DNA of 64,000 nucleotides, from the NCBI GenBank assembly GCA_964016885.1, contig OZ024742.1:30504001-30568000 (forward strand). The letters run 5' to 3'. Below the pieces are notes generated by a model. It was not told the DNA's origin, did no database searches, and saw only the letters and a program-made list of their open reading frames with translations. Shown here one piece after another: positions 10,801 through 22,040 of this stretch. Within the stretch, counting starts at the first letter, position 1, and every line of letters starts with the position of its first letter. This stretch comes from Eledone cirrhosa. Lineage: Eukaryota. The position numbers and the translations under genes are program-made.

Positions 10801-11375
10801 CCTCCATGGATTTCGTCGTAGCCATCACAATGTTGTCCAACGTGACCATTTAGGTCGCCTGCAATAATTATATAGTCACTGTCAGATATTTGGGAGGTAG
10901 TTAGCATCAGTGTCTCATAGAATCTGTCTTTTATAGTGCCGGGCAGTCCGGATTGGGGTGCGTACGCAGATATTACTGTCACCGTAGTTCTATTGAGGAC
11001 AAGTCGTATTTTAATTATTCTGCCGTTCACTCTATTTACGTCTATTATCTTATCTGCCCACTTTTCTGCTACCATGATTCCTACTCCACCCAGCCCATCG
11101 TCGTTTCCCACCCAGAAAAGCTTATAACATCGTTTTTTACCCTCAATGAATCTAGCAGACCCAGCCCTCCACCTGGTCTCTTGAATACAACAAACATCGA
11201 CCTCCTTACGTTCAAGCATTTTTACAACCTCGTTAGCGCGACCCTTTAGGGTGCCTACATTTATGGTACCAACTCTGAAGTTTTGGATTGCGTTTGGAGG
11301 GTGGTGGCGGTGGGGGGCGGGGGGAGATGGGGTTATGTTAGCCGTCCGCGGTCGAAACAAAGAGGAGTGCTCATC
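7838..11375 (-). mobile_element. Near-full-length RTE-clade LINE (APE endonuclease, RT with inserted PHD-like finger, ~400-bp 3' UTR, (ATG)n tail)
   Basis: APE motifs NVGTL, IQETRW, SAYAPQ, GDLNGHVG, VDYIL, SQHR; RT motifs NYRGIKL, FVDLEKAFDRV, GVHQGSVLSP, YADD; tail at 7838-7866. Confidence 0.97.
8244..11360 (-). pseudogene. RTE APE-RT ORF (~1038 codons) inactivated by two in-frame stops
   Basis: ORFs 9210-11360 and 8244-8966 share one frame. TGG>TAG at 9210-9212 and CAA>TAA at 9141-9143 relative to the sister copy at 5365-6213. Confidence 0.9.
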
Positions 11376-11424
11376 ATATATATATATATATGGGAAAATG
11401 TGTGAAATCCTTGGTAGAGTTAGT

Positions 11425-11563
11425 TATATTTGAAAAAAGGAAAAGAATGACTTCACTTGTAGTTCTAAACAATTTGATTTAATTTTATAATATTATAATA
11501 TAAAATTAAATCAAATTGTTTAGAACTACAAGTGAAGTCATTCTTTTCCTTTTTTCAAATATA
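11425..11563. repeat. Perfect hairpin with ~64-bp arms near (TA)n
   Basis: tatatttgaaaaaaggaaaagaatgacttcacttgtagttctaaacaatttgatttaattttat followed by its exact reverse complement. Confidence 0.9.
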
Positions 11564-11606
11564 TATATATATACGTATATCGTTGATTTTCATGATTCTG
11601 TTATGA

Positions 11607-11903
11607 CAGGGGTGGACAAACTACAGCCTGCCAAAGAGCTGTGTGCTTCCCATGGAAGCATTCGGCGAATTAATAAAAGTTTAAGTTTATGTTCTGGTAT
11701 GTTTTGTGATGTACAGACACTAATTAAAAGACAACTTTCTAATTTATGTATTATAACGATGTGGTTTATATTTTACATTTTCTAAATTCTAACTGAAGAA
11801 ACGTAAGGTTACTCTCACACTATATCTAATAATAAATGGTGCGGCCCTCTGGTTCATGACCCAGTCAATGTGGCCCCCGATCCCAAAAGTTTGCCCATCC
11901 CTG
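11607..11903. mobile_element. hAT (Charlie-like) MITE
   Basis: TIRs CAGGGGTGGACAAACT / AGTTTGCCCATCCCTG; perfect 8-bp TSD TGTTATGA at 11599-11606 and 11904-11911. Confidence 0.92.
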
Positions 11904-11991
11904 TGTTATGACATTGAAATGGTCTACACTCGCTTCTGTGCAACATACCAAAGTGTGTGTATATATATATATATAAATATATATAGGGTAT

Positions 11992-12096
11992 TAGGAAAAG
12001 AACCAGGACCCCGACGGCTGAGCTCCTCCGAACTCAGTTCGCATTAGCTGTCGAAACGGCCGGAGCTCAGCCGTCGGGGTCCTGACTCTTTTCCTA
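11992..12096. repeat. GC-rich hairpin with ~35-bp arms between (TA)n tracts
   Basis: taggaaaagaaccaggaccccgacggctgagctcc / ggagctcagccgtcggggtcctgactcttttccta, two mismatches. Confidence 0.85.
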
Positions 12097-12120
12097 TATA
12101 TATATATTTCTATATATCTA

Positions 12121-12168
<48 letters not shown>

Positions 12169-12254
12169 GGAAAAATTTGAACAGGAACAAAACAGAGAGG
12201 CAGTACAACAAATGTTTATTAATTTCACGCTCTGGAGAGTGGGGTGGTGGTGGG

Positions 12255-12292
12255 GAACGACGTTTCGGGCATAAGCCCTTCCTCAGGTGAGA
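12255..12292 (-). ncRNA. Minimal hammerhead ribozyme core, Penelope-like-element type
   Basis: Minus strand reads CCTGAGGA-A-GGGC TTAT GCCC-GAAAC-GTC: CUGANGA box, stem II, GAAA, palindromic ACGT stem III, GUC site. Stem I is only about 2 bp. Confidence 0.6.
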
Positions 12293-12499
12293 AGTGTGTG
12301 TGAACAGAGTTCAAAGAGTGTGTAGGGGAGTGGTGGAGAGACATATAGCGAAAGGAAACGGTGCGAATGAAATTAAAAATAAAAGTAAAAATAAAGCATG
12401 ATCAAAATACAAGGAATGAAATAAAATTAAATATAAAAGCATATATATGGCGGCCGACTGAGGTAGAAGCTGCTAAATAGTCATTGTCCTCTTGTCTCT

Positions 12500-12620
12500 G
12501 ATTTTCAGCCCCATGGATTTTATCTGTTATATTCCTTTGTTATATTTTGAATACCTGATGATGTCACCGGATTCATACTGAACCCAGTCATTGAAATGAT
12601 CATAGTATAATAAACCTTTC
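12500..12620 (+). mobile_element. Possible Penelope-like 3' remnant with a degenerate hammerhead motif
   Basis: cagccccatggatt resembles the QPHG(LN) end of a PLE ORF; then CTGATGA...GAAA-TGATCA and AATAAA. Confidence 0.35.
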
Positions 12621-12660
12621 AAGGATTTACACCAGTCCAGCCTCCTGTTATTTTATAATA

Positions 12661-13534
12661 GTCAGAACTGGTTGGAAAAAGTTCAGAGAGCTTATACCAC
12701 TATTAGCTGCTAAAGGGTTCTCCCTAAAAATGAAAGGCAGGTTGTACGATGCCTGCATACGAACAGCAATGTTGCATGGTAGTGAGACCTGGGCATTGTG
12801 TGCAGAGGATATACGCAGACTAGAGAGGAACGAAGCTTGCATGCTCCACTGGATGTGTAACAGTAATATACGTGAACGGCAAAGCATAAACGAACTAAGG
12901 AAAAAATTAGAGATAAGAGGGATCAGATGTTGTTTACTCGAGAGAAGGCTTCGTTGGTATGGACACGTGATGCGCATGAAAGTCGATAGCTGTATAACAA
13001 AGTGTAGGGCAATAAAGATAGACGGTAGCCACGGAATAGGCAGACCTAGAAAAACATGGGATGAGCTGATAAACTCCGACCTCACACACTTACACCTCTC
13101 CAAGACAATGTCACTGGACCGAGACCTTTGGCGGTACTCAGTAACAGAGAAGACCCGCCTTGCCAGTAGGCATCTCTAACAAAATACACCCCGTCCTGCC
13201 ACCACCCCCACCCCATCCACACCACCCCGTTCTATGTAAAGTTATGTTGGTGCCGCGCCATCCAGGCCGAAACAAATGAGATCGTGTAGGTGTCACGACA
13301 AAAAAACACACAGTCCACGCTGTAATGTGGCCGTGTAGGCAACACGGTAAAAACCTCCCAGACCCACACTGTAAATGTGGTTGGTGTTAGGAAGGGCATC
13401 CAACTGTAGAAAACCTGCCAGACAGTCCTATGCGAGCAAGACAATCACTCTTGCCTCAAGTGGGACTACCCCCGTCCAAACCCATGCAAGCGTGGAACAC
13501 GGACGTTAAACGTTGATGATGATGATGATGATGA

Positions 13535-13538
<4 letters not shown>
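12661..13538 (+). mobile_element. 5'-truncated RTE LINE, young subfamily
   Basis: ORF 12730-13179 is almost identical to 8244-8966; (GAT)n tail runs into (TA)n(GA)n. Confidence 0.95.
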
Positions 13539-13596
<58 letters not shown>

Positions 13597-13598
<2 letters not shown>

Positions 13599-13804
13599 GT
13601 GTAAAGCAGATGCGGCCCGCGGGCCGTATGCAACCCTTTACAAGCACACGTGTGGCCCGCACAAAGGTTTTTGCAGTGCGAGCATGTTTTTTTTATCTTC
13701 GTAATATAAAATTAAAAACATTAGTTGTAATGTGCGCAATTAGTTGTCGTGTGTGACCCTGAGACAACACGTGACCCATGTGGCCCTCAGTTTGACATGC
13801 TTGG
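13597..13804. mobile_element. Degenerate hAT (Charlie-like) MITE
   Basis: atgcggcccgcgggccg subterminal motif and right end agtttgacatgcttg; no clear TSD. Confidence 0.5.
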
Positions 13805-14234
13805 TGTCAAGAATTTGTTTGTATTTCCAACTTCCACAATTAGTGCAAACAATGCTATATTAAAAACAATAATTGTTACCGTTGAATTCTCTTCACTCAT
13901 ATTCGGTCTTTAAGATACATATGCATACGTACACATCTATATAAATATACACATATGTATATATCAATATATAGAGATATATTGATATACCTGTCGTTGA
14001 TTTTTAATAGATTTATAAATCACATTAACAAAACAGTTTAAACAAGAAGTCTCCTGTCAATTTTATTCTAAAAGGGAGATAATCCATGCCACTTTTGTGA
14101 ATTTTACTTTTTAATTTATTAGTATGTTTTCATTAATCAATTCTTAACCTTGCTTAATTAATTATGTGTCATGCCTAATTGTGTATCGTAGACAATTTTT
14201 TTCTCTTTTGGTAATAATGACTTAACGAGCATCC

Positions 14235-14625
14235 TAGTACTGTAAGGTGGTAATACTGGTGCTAGGATAAATACTTATACCACTACAAAATGTACGCAGT
14301 CTACCTTGTAAGGTGACAGTGCCAATGCTATGATAAAATACACACATTACACTTTGTAAGGTTGGAGTCATCATAAAACACACCCAGTCCACTATGTAAG
14401 GAGGTAGTGTACTGGTGCCATGACAAAGAGCACCCAATTCACCCTGTAAAGCGGTAGTGTTAGTGCCATGACAAACAGCACCCAGTCCACTCTGTAAAGT
14501 TGTAGTGCTTTGATAAAATGTGCCCAGTTCACTCTATAAAATTGTAGTACTAGTGCCACAAAAAACCCCATCCAGTCCTTCCTGTAATATGGTAAAATGC
14601 ACCCAGTTTATAATGATGATGGTGA
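14235..14625 (+). repeat. Degenerate ~47-bp tandem repeat resembling the RTE/SINE 3'-UTR repeat
   Basis: Recurring cacccagtccactctgtaaag..gtagtg..gtgccatgac units ending in a (GAT)n-like tail. Confidence 0.65.
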
Positions 14626-14799
14626 TGCAATATTTGTATGTATGTATGGTACCGTAACTCCCGGGGAAGTTGTAGCGGCGCCGTATTAATAAACGGCGTT
14701 TCTAGATCATTTAAAACTTGGCGGGGCCCATCTCCTCTCCAGGTCTGCAAACAATACATTTCTTCCAGAGAACGATAGAGAGTGAGAAAAAGATATAGA

Positions 14800-14895
14800 G
14801 GAAGAATCGACCTCAGTACTAGACTGGTGCGTTTTTTTATCGACCTTGAATTGGATAAAAGGCAAAGTTGACCTCGGCAGGATTTGAACTCAGAC
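14800..14895 (-). mobile_element. MetaSINE-like fragment
   Basis: Reverse complement of the SINE core (aaaggcaaagttgacctcggcaggatttgaactcag). Confidence 0.65.
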
Positions 14896-15257
14896 ACCAG
14901 AAAAATTAACATGGGTGCCGCCCACCAAATTTAAATCTGGCTGCGGTTACCAGAAGTAGCAGTTACAAATGTAATTTCGGTAACTTCTCAAGCAATATTT
15001 AACCTTAACCCAAAACTAATTCACAGTCAAATCAGTACTTTCACGGTTACGTCCCTTGCTATTACAAAGCGAAAAACTTCGTTTTGTTAAATCAACATTG
15101 TAAATTCATTCAAAACTTCCTCACTTTCTTACACATTCTCGACATTCATAACCAGAGCGAATGAAATCTCTATACTTTAAGAACCGATATATTTCTGTAT
15201 TATTGGCGAATAATTTATTGATATAGCAGAACCAACGTCTTTTAGATATATGCTACT

Positions 15258-15578
15258 ATGGAATATTTCCGTCACCTTGGTAAGAACAGGTTTATAAAAC
15301 GTGGTATCCCGTTCCTCACTTTAGTTGTGGGTGGTTCGTTCTTACTTAAAGAATACGCAAGTTTGAGGTATGAATTTAGGAAATCGGAAATTAAAAGTGC
15401 AAAGGAAATCGCCGATGAAATAGGTATTGAAGTGAAAAAAGAACCTGTAACGCTGGAAAAAATTTACGAAGAAATTAAAAGCGAAGATCATGAAAATTGG
15501 GTAAACATTCGCGGACCTCGTCCTTGGGAAGATTCGAAAACTGTACAAGATCTCCAGAGAGCAAATGCCATGTCTTGA
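15258..15578 (+). CDS. COX16: Cytochrome c oxidase assembly protein COX16, single coding exon
   Basis: 106 aa; N-terminal TM segment GIPFLTLVVGGSFLL, LRYEF motif and the characteristic C-terminal W-x-NIRGPRPWE; ATG to TGA uninterrupted. Confidence 0.92.
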   Translation: MEYFRHLGKNRFIKRGIPFLTLVVGGSFLLKEYASLRYEFRKSEIKSAKEIADEIGIEVKKEPVTLEKIYEEIKSEDHENWVNIRGPRPWEDSKTVQDLQRANAMS

Positions 15579-15671
15579 AGGTAAATTTTGTTAACTGAAG
15601 AAAGGGATCTGTACCACTCATACAAGCTTTTGTGTAATGTATATGCGTGTATTCATTATTAATGTAATAGA

Positions 15672-15855
15672 GGGCGATGAGTTGGCAGTATCAGTAGAGG
15701 GTCGGGCACCATGCTTAGCAGCATAGAGTTACGGCCTGAGTTCAAATATCGCTGAGGTTAACTGTGCCTTTCATCATTTCGGGGTCGATAAAATAAAGTA
15801 CCAGTAATGCACTGGAATAATTGCTGGCCTAGTGCCAAAAGTAGAAACAATTATT
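15672..15855 (+). mobile_element. MetaSINE-like SINE in the probable COX16 3' UTR
   Basis: Head ggcgatgagttggcagtatcagtagagggtcgg, B-box, core and tail present. Confidence 0.8.
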
Positions 15856-18365
15856 AATGTAATATATCTGTTCCTTTCATCGAGATTTCTAAGTATTAGA
15901 GACACAACTTTTTAAATTGATAGATATATATATATAGTTTCAGAAGATCCCGTTAAGGGTGAAAGCAGCGATTCTTTGCTTAAACTTTAATCTGTTATTT
16001 TAATAAATATATATATATATATAGACTATCCAGGAAGCTCCAACCGTTAAGGTTGTCTTTTTTCCGGGTATGTCAATATTTATTTATAAAACAAATCTGT
16101 ATTTTAACTGATGAAAGCGCACCATAATTTGCCTTGGTGGCCCTTGAAATATGTATAATAAAATAAATATGGTTTTATAAATATAGTTTCCATTTATTAA
16201 TACATTGTTGTATTAATAAACTGTTGAGTGCTTTATATCAGTTATAAAAATGTTTAAGCTTGTTGAATCCCAACAAATTAAATATAACCTCTGCATATAT
16301 ATATATGTGTGTGTGTGTGTATCATCATCATCGTTTGACATCCATTTTTCCACGCTAGCATGGGTTAGATAGATTTTCCCGTTTGAGGCAAGTTGGGTGA
16401 ATATGTCTTGCTCACACAGAACTGATTTTGGCTTGGTTTCTACAGCTGGATGCCCTTCCTAACGCCAACAACATTGACAGTGTATGCTGGATTCTTTTTG
16501 TCATGACGTCTACACAACCGCATTACAGTGTGGGCTGGAGGCTTCACTGGGTGTATGCTACAGCCTGTCCTCATGAGAGATGTGTTGGGTGGGGGTGGTG
16601 TTTACTATATATACCTATGCTTCAGCTTCAGCCTGTGCCTAGGAAGGCTGGTCTTCAATAATACTGCTTAACTTCAGAGGTCCTGGTGCTGTGTCATTGT
16701 CTTTGAGAGGTGTAATTGAGCAAGGTCAAATTTTATCACCTCATCCCAAGTCTTCCTGGGTCTCCCCACTCCAAGGCTTCCATTGTCTTTGAGTGCTCTG
16801 CACCTTTTTATACAGCTATCATCCTTCATAAGCATCACTTGTCCATACCAACACAGTTTCCTCTCCTGCACACTGTATCTGATTCCTCATATGTTCATTT
16901 ATGCTTTGCCATTCATATAAGTTGCTATTACACATCCAGCAGAGCATGCAAGCTTCATTTCTTTCCAATCTATGCAAGTCTTCTACACACAGCGCACTGG
17001 TCTCACTACCATGTAAAATTATTGTTCGTATGCACGCATTATACAGTCTGCCTTTCATTTTGAGGGAAAGGCCTTTTGTAGCTAGCAATGGCTACTATAC
17101 TTTCAGAACACCTACTCTCGCTGCTAATTTGGTTACCCCGGTAGCAGAAGCTGTCTACTGCGTCTACCAAACCGTCCTGGAATTTGATAGCGTTTGCTTC
17201 CTGTGGCCGTTTGCTGCTTACTGCTCCGGTGCAGTGGCTACATGTAAAACCTACTTTTCTAGCTAAACTTCCTGAGATCCCACTGCATCTCTTGTGTACC
17301 CATAGTTTGTATATGGGGCAGAGGATGAAGTTTCTACTTTTCTTACACACTGAGCAAAGCTGTTTCCCTGAGGGGATCAGGGTTCTGTTTTCTCTTCTAC
17401 TTACTATGACCTTAGTTTTTGTGAGGTTGACTTTAAGTGCCCTTGTTTCTAGGCCCTACTTCCATGTTTGGAATTTCTTTTCTATGAGTGTAAGATCATT
17501 CGCATACAGGAGTTCCCATGGGCAGCTGGTCTTAAACTACTCTGTTATAGCCTGCAGTATGATAATAAACAGGAAAGGGCTAAGAACAGAGCCCTGGTGG
17601 ACGCCAACCTGCATGCTAAATTCCTCGCTATAGTCGTTAATCCTAACTTTGCTGACTACTCCTCTATGCATGACTTGTACAGCCTTCACAAGCCATTCAT
17701 GTACTCCTATTTTGCTAAGAACTCTCCAGATTATGGTACGGAGCACACTGTGAACAGATTGACAAATGCCAGGTAGAGCAGATTACTTTTAGCTAGGTAC
17801 TTTTGCATGGTACAAATCCAAACTGCATCTCATCTAGATTTACTTGGTCCCTAATCAGCTGTATTATAACCCTTTGTTACTTTCATGACCTGGTCCATCA
17901 ACTTGATGCTGCTATAGTTTCCTCTATCTAGTACATCTCCTTTACCATTGAAACAGTTTGCAATAATGCTGCTGCGCCAATCATTTGGTATGGCACTATA
18001 ACAAATTACTGGGTTGTATGAATATAACAAGACACTCGGTTGTTTGTACAATATTGTATTTAACAAGGTTGAGTTATGTAGAACAGAATAGTTGACATGC
18101 CAAGATTAGATGAAAGAACGAATTAAAGTTTTGAAGTCATCTCGCAAGAGACCAAGTGGTCTTTACATTACTATGTTCAGGTTGCCAGAGCGTATAGCCT
18201 TGAAGAGAGGGAGACAGCTTTCGGCTATCCCTTTTATAGGGTCCCAGGACAGAAGTGACAAAGAAGGCTCTGCAACCACAACGGGAAGTAACTCCAGCTA
18301 CTTCCTGTCTAGAGAGCGCTACTGAGGTTGTGATCGTCACAACAAGGGAGGCAACTCTTGCTACA

Positions 18366-18381
18366 TTACCCCCCCCGCCAG
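18366..18381 (-). promoter_or_regulatory. Polypurine tract of the LTR element
   Basis: Minus strand CTGGCGGGGGGGGTAA immediately before the 3' LTR (TGTAGC...). Confidence 0.8.
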
Positions 18382-19714
18382 ATTTTTAAAATCGAATGAA
18401 CCATGTATGGAGTAAGATGGCGAGCATGTAACACCAAAGTCCAGGCATGAGAATTACAAAAAAAATAGTGTTTGCAATAAAAGGAAAACAGCAAAAAAAA
18501 TCAATGATAGATATCAAGTAGCCAACCACTCTTGGCCAGAGAACGACTGAACATCTATCTATCCATCACACAAAGATACAATGTAATCAATCTAAAAGAA
18601 GAGGTCAAAGGAGCAAAGAAACGTGCTCGAACATAATTATAAAAAAAAAGGTTCAAATGTTCAAAATACAGTTCACAGGTGACAGCAGGAAAGAAAGTGT
18701 GTTCCAGAGAATGTATGCAGGTGGTTTCTGGACTGTGGTACAACGTGAAATTCCCAACCTCCGAAGGGATTTTCTCACAGGAAGAGTGCTGCAAAAATAA
18801 ATTCTCTGTGTTTTGTTCTGCTAGTTTTGGTCGTTGATAAAGCAAAGATGAAGCTGTGTCGTTGTTGTTGATTTTGCTGATGTCATGCGGAGAGAGAAAA
18901 AAATGTCATCTCAAAAGTTGCCGCAAGCAAAAGAAATTCAGTCACAGTACAAATTTTCCCAGAAAAAATGAGTTGTTGTTTCGCGGAGTGAGCCTATTCG
19001 ATGTTGTTTCCGTTCACAGTAAAAATTTTCCCAGAAAAAATGAGTTGCGCAAAGTGCTAGAAATAACAGCTAAAGTTGATGGTCGATGTTGAGAACGCGT
19101 TGACCTGGAAGAGTCAAGAGGCCAGCGACCAAAGAAATAAGCATTCTGAATAAATGTGCAGTTTTCAATGGCAAATTTACGTGGTAAATTTTTAAACCGG
19201 CAAATAGGAGAATATAGCTTAAGGCTGGAGAATCCTTGGCAAGAAACATTATCTATGGCGTGTGTTATCTCAGTGAGTCGAGATGTGTGCTGTCACACGT
19301 GCCGAAACAAGGTTAAAGTCAAGTTGAATAAAAAATATTTCTATTGCGCGAGAAAATCGCGTGAAAATGATAGTGCAACAGGTCGTTGGCAGCCATTTTG
19401 AAAAATTTGTGTGTGAACGTGATAATATGATGAAAAAGAAGGAAAGGCTTTGTATATGGCGAGAGTTCAATTTTTTTTTTTTTTTGTAAGTGATGAAAAA
19501 GTAGCGACATTTAAACAATGTAAACACGTTAGGTGAAGAACACATTTTTTTCTTGTTTGTTTGCTGCTGAGAAAAAGATTACTTCTATTTTTCGTTTTAG
19601 ACAAAATCCATGTGGAATGTTGTTAGAGGAATTTTTTCTTTTTGAAATACTGCTAATTAATTTTCTTTTTTTTTTCACACTCACACAACACCAGATCATT
19701 TTTTTTTTTTTTTT

Positions 19715-19726
19715 TCGGGGTCACCA
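19715..19726 (-). promoter_or_regulatory. Primer-binding site, tRNA-Trp type
   Basis: TGGTGACCCCGA, 2 nt after the 5' LTR, complementary to the 3' end of eukaryotic tRNA-Trp (...UCGGGGUCACCA). Confidence 0.85.
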
Positions 19727-20652
19727 CTTATAACAGGGTTACTGGGTTGTATGAATATAACAAGACACTCGGTTGTTTGTACAATGTTGTATTTAACAAG
19801 GTTGAGTTATGTAGAACAGAATAGTTGACATGCCAAGATTAGATGAAAGAACGAATTAAAGTTATTTGTATTACCGTTTTGAAGTCATCTCACAAGAGTG
19901 GTCTTTACATTACCATGTTCAGGTTGCCAGAGCGTATAGCCTCGGCGAACGCGAGCCTGGCCGAAGGGCCAGGCAGGCTAGAAGAGAGGGAGACAGCTTT
20001 CAGCTATCCCTTTTATAGGGTCCCAGGACAGAAGTGACAAAGAAGGCTCTGCAACCACAACGGGAAGTAACTCCAGCTACTTCCTGTCTAGAGAGCGCTA
20101 CTGAGGTTGTGATCGTCACAACAAGGGAGGCAACTCTTGCTACAGCACCATCTAGTATTACTTCGTTTACAATAAGTGTGTTTATGGTGTGTCCTACCAA
20201 CCCAAATGCTTTCAACATCTCTGCAACTATTCTGGATGGGCCAGTTGCCTTCCCAGTCTTCTTATCCTTAATTGCCTTACTACTGCTGTTGACTTGTACT
20301 GCTGGCCCCTCTATGGGGTCCACTTGGGGTAGTGTCTCTTTCTCCCATGCATTCTCTTCATTCAGTAATCTTTCATAATGGTTCTTCCATGCAGCTTTCT
20401 TCTCAGCACCTTTCAGGACAAGTACACCTTTATCATCTTGAACACATTTCTCACCAATGACATCACAAATTTCTCTAACACACTGCCTTGCAATCCTGAA
20501 CACCTTGTTTCTGGTCCTCATGCTGCAAAGCATGCTTAAATTTTTTATCCTCTGCTTCCCTTCTTGCTAAGTATACTTGTCATCTAGCTTCCCTCCTGGC
20601 CTCTATGTAGTGTACCCTGCTTCCCCCTTTCTTTCATCGTCTGTTTATTAGT

Positions 20653-22040
20653 GGCCTTCAGGCTATAACAGGAGTTTAAGACCGGCTGCCCATGGGAACT
20701 TCTATATGCAGATGATCTAACGCTCATAGCCGAATCAATGGCTGAACTAGAGAAGAAATTCCAAACATGGAAGTATGGCCTAGAATCAAAAGGCCTTAAA
20801 ATTAACTTGTCTAAGACTAAAGTTCTAATATGTAGGAAGGAGAATAGGGCACTGGTCCCATCTGGGAAATGGCCATGTGTAGAAAAGGAGTAGGCAGTGT
20901 GTAGAAAAGGAGTAGGCAGAAACTCCATTTTATGTCCCAAATGCAAAGTATGGGTGCATAAAAGATGTAGTGGGTAACAGGTAAGCTAACTAAGAATATA
21001 GATTTTATATGTGTCTGGTGCTCTGGTGCAATAAGTAGCAGCAAATGCCCACAGAATACTAGCTCATTCCATTGCCCAGATGGTTCTATAGAAATAGTGG
21101 ACACCTTCCGTTACCTGGGTGACAAAATCAGCAGTGGTGGAGGGTGATCCGAAAGTACTGTAGCTAGAGTCAGAACGGGATGGAAAAAGTTCAGAGAGCT
21201 TATACCACTATTGGCCGCTAAGGGTTTCTCTCTAAAAATGATGGGCAGGCTGTATGATGCCTGCATACGAACAGCGATGTTACATGGCAGTGAGACATGG
21301 GCCTTGTGTGCAGAGGAACAAAGCTTTCATGCTCCGTTGGATGTGTAATAGTAATATACGCGAACGGCAAAGCATAAATGAACTAAGTAAGAAATTAGGA
21401 ATAAGAGGGATCAGATGCTGTTTACTCGAGAGAAGACTACGTTGGTATGGTCTCGTGATGCGCATGAAAGACAACAGCTCTATAAAAAAATGCAGGGCGA
21501 TCAAAATAGACGGTAGCTATGGAGTAGGCAGACCCAGAAAAACCTGGGATGACTTGATAAATTCTGACCTCACACACTTACACCTCTCCAAGACAATGTC
21601 ACTGGACCGAGATCTTTGGCGCTACGCAGTAATACAGAAGACCCGCCTTGCCTAAGTACAAAGCGAAACCTATAGTCCGTAGGCACCTCTTAACCAAAAT
21701 ACACCCCCGTCTCACTACCCCTACCCCCACCGCCATCTACATCACCCCTTTTGATGTAAAGCTATGTTGGTACCACAACATCCAGTCCTAAATAAATGAG
21801 GTCGTGTAGGTGTCACGACAAAAAAACACAGTCCACGCTGTAATGTGGCCGTGTAGGTAACACGGTAAAAACCTCCTAGTCCACACTGTAAACGTGGTTG
21901 GTGTTAGGAAGGGCATCCCGCCGTAGAAAACCCGCCAGACAGTCCCGAGCAAGACAACCAATCTTGCCTCAAGTGGGACAATTCCCATCCAGACCCATGC
22001 TAGCGTGGAAGATGGACATTAAACGATGATGATGATGATG
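20653..22040 (+). mobile_element. 5'-truncated RTE LINE (YADD to tail), frameshifted
   Basis: CPWELLYADDL at ~20687, PHD remnant, ORF 21254-21655, (GAT)n tail. Confidence 0.93.

Larger units (their letters stand above)
17997..20144 (-). mobile_element. Non-autonomous LTR retrotransposon (TRIM/LARD-like), 2148 bp
   Basis: Direct repeats at 17997-18365 and 19729-20144 (TG...TA on minus); 4-bp TSD GCAC at 17993-17996 and 20145-20148; PBS and PPT in the expected positions; no recognisable gag/pol. Confidence 0.93.
16321..20605 (-). mobile_element. Older, degenerate RTE LINE split by an LTR element
   Basis: RT and PHD fragments at 16674-17996; linker ORF 20149-20600 (WKNHYERLLNEEN, KATGPS). Removing the insert restores VILDGAIPNDWRSS. 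Confidence 0.9.

Noticed and set aside
7827-11376. gaggagccagtcatcat and gaggagtgctcatcat as a TSD of the long RTE
   Set aside because: Imperfect match that overlaps the tail; too weak for so young an element.
5238-13103. Recurring ORFs such as MIALHFFIQLSSF and MERCKCVRSEF
   Set aside because: Antisense shadows of the RTE coding strand, repeated only because the LINE is repeated.
18555-19733. Short ORFs inside the LTR element as gag or integrase
   Set aside because: No zinc knuckle, DDE, protease or RT motif recognisable by eye.
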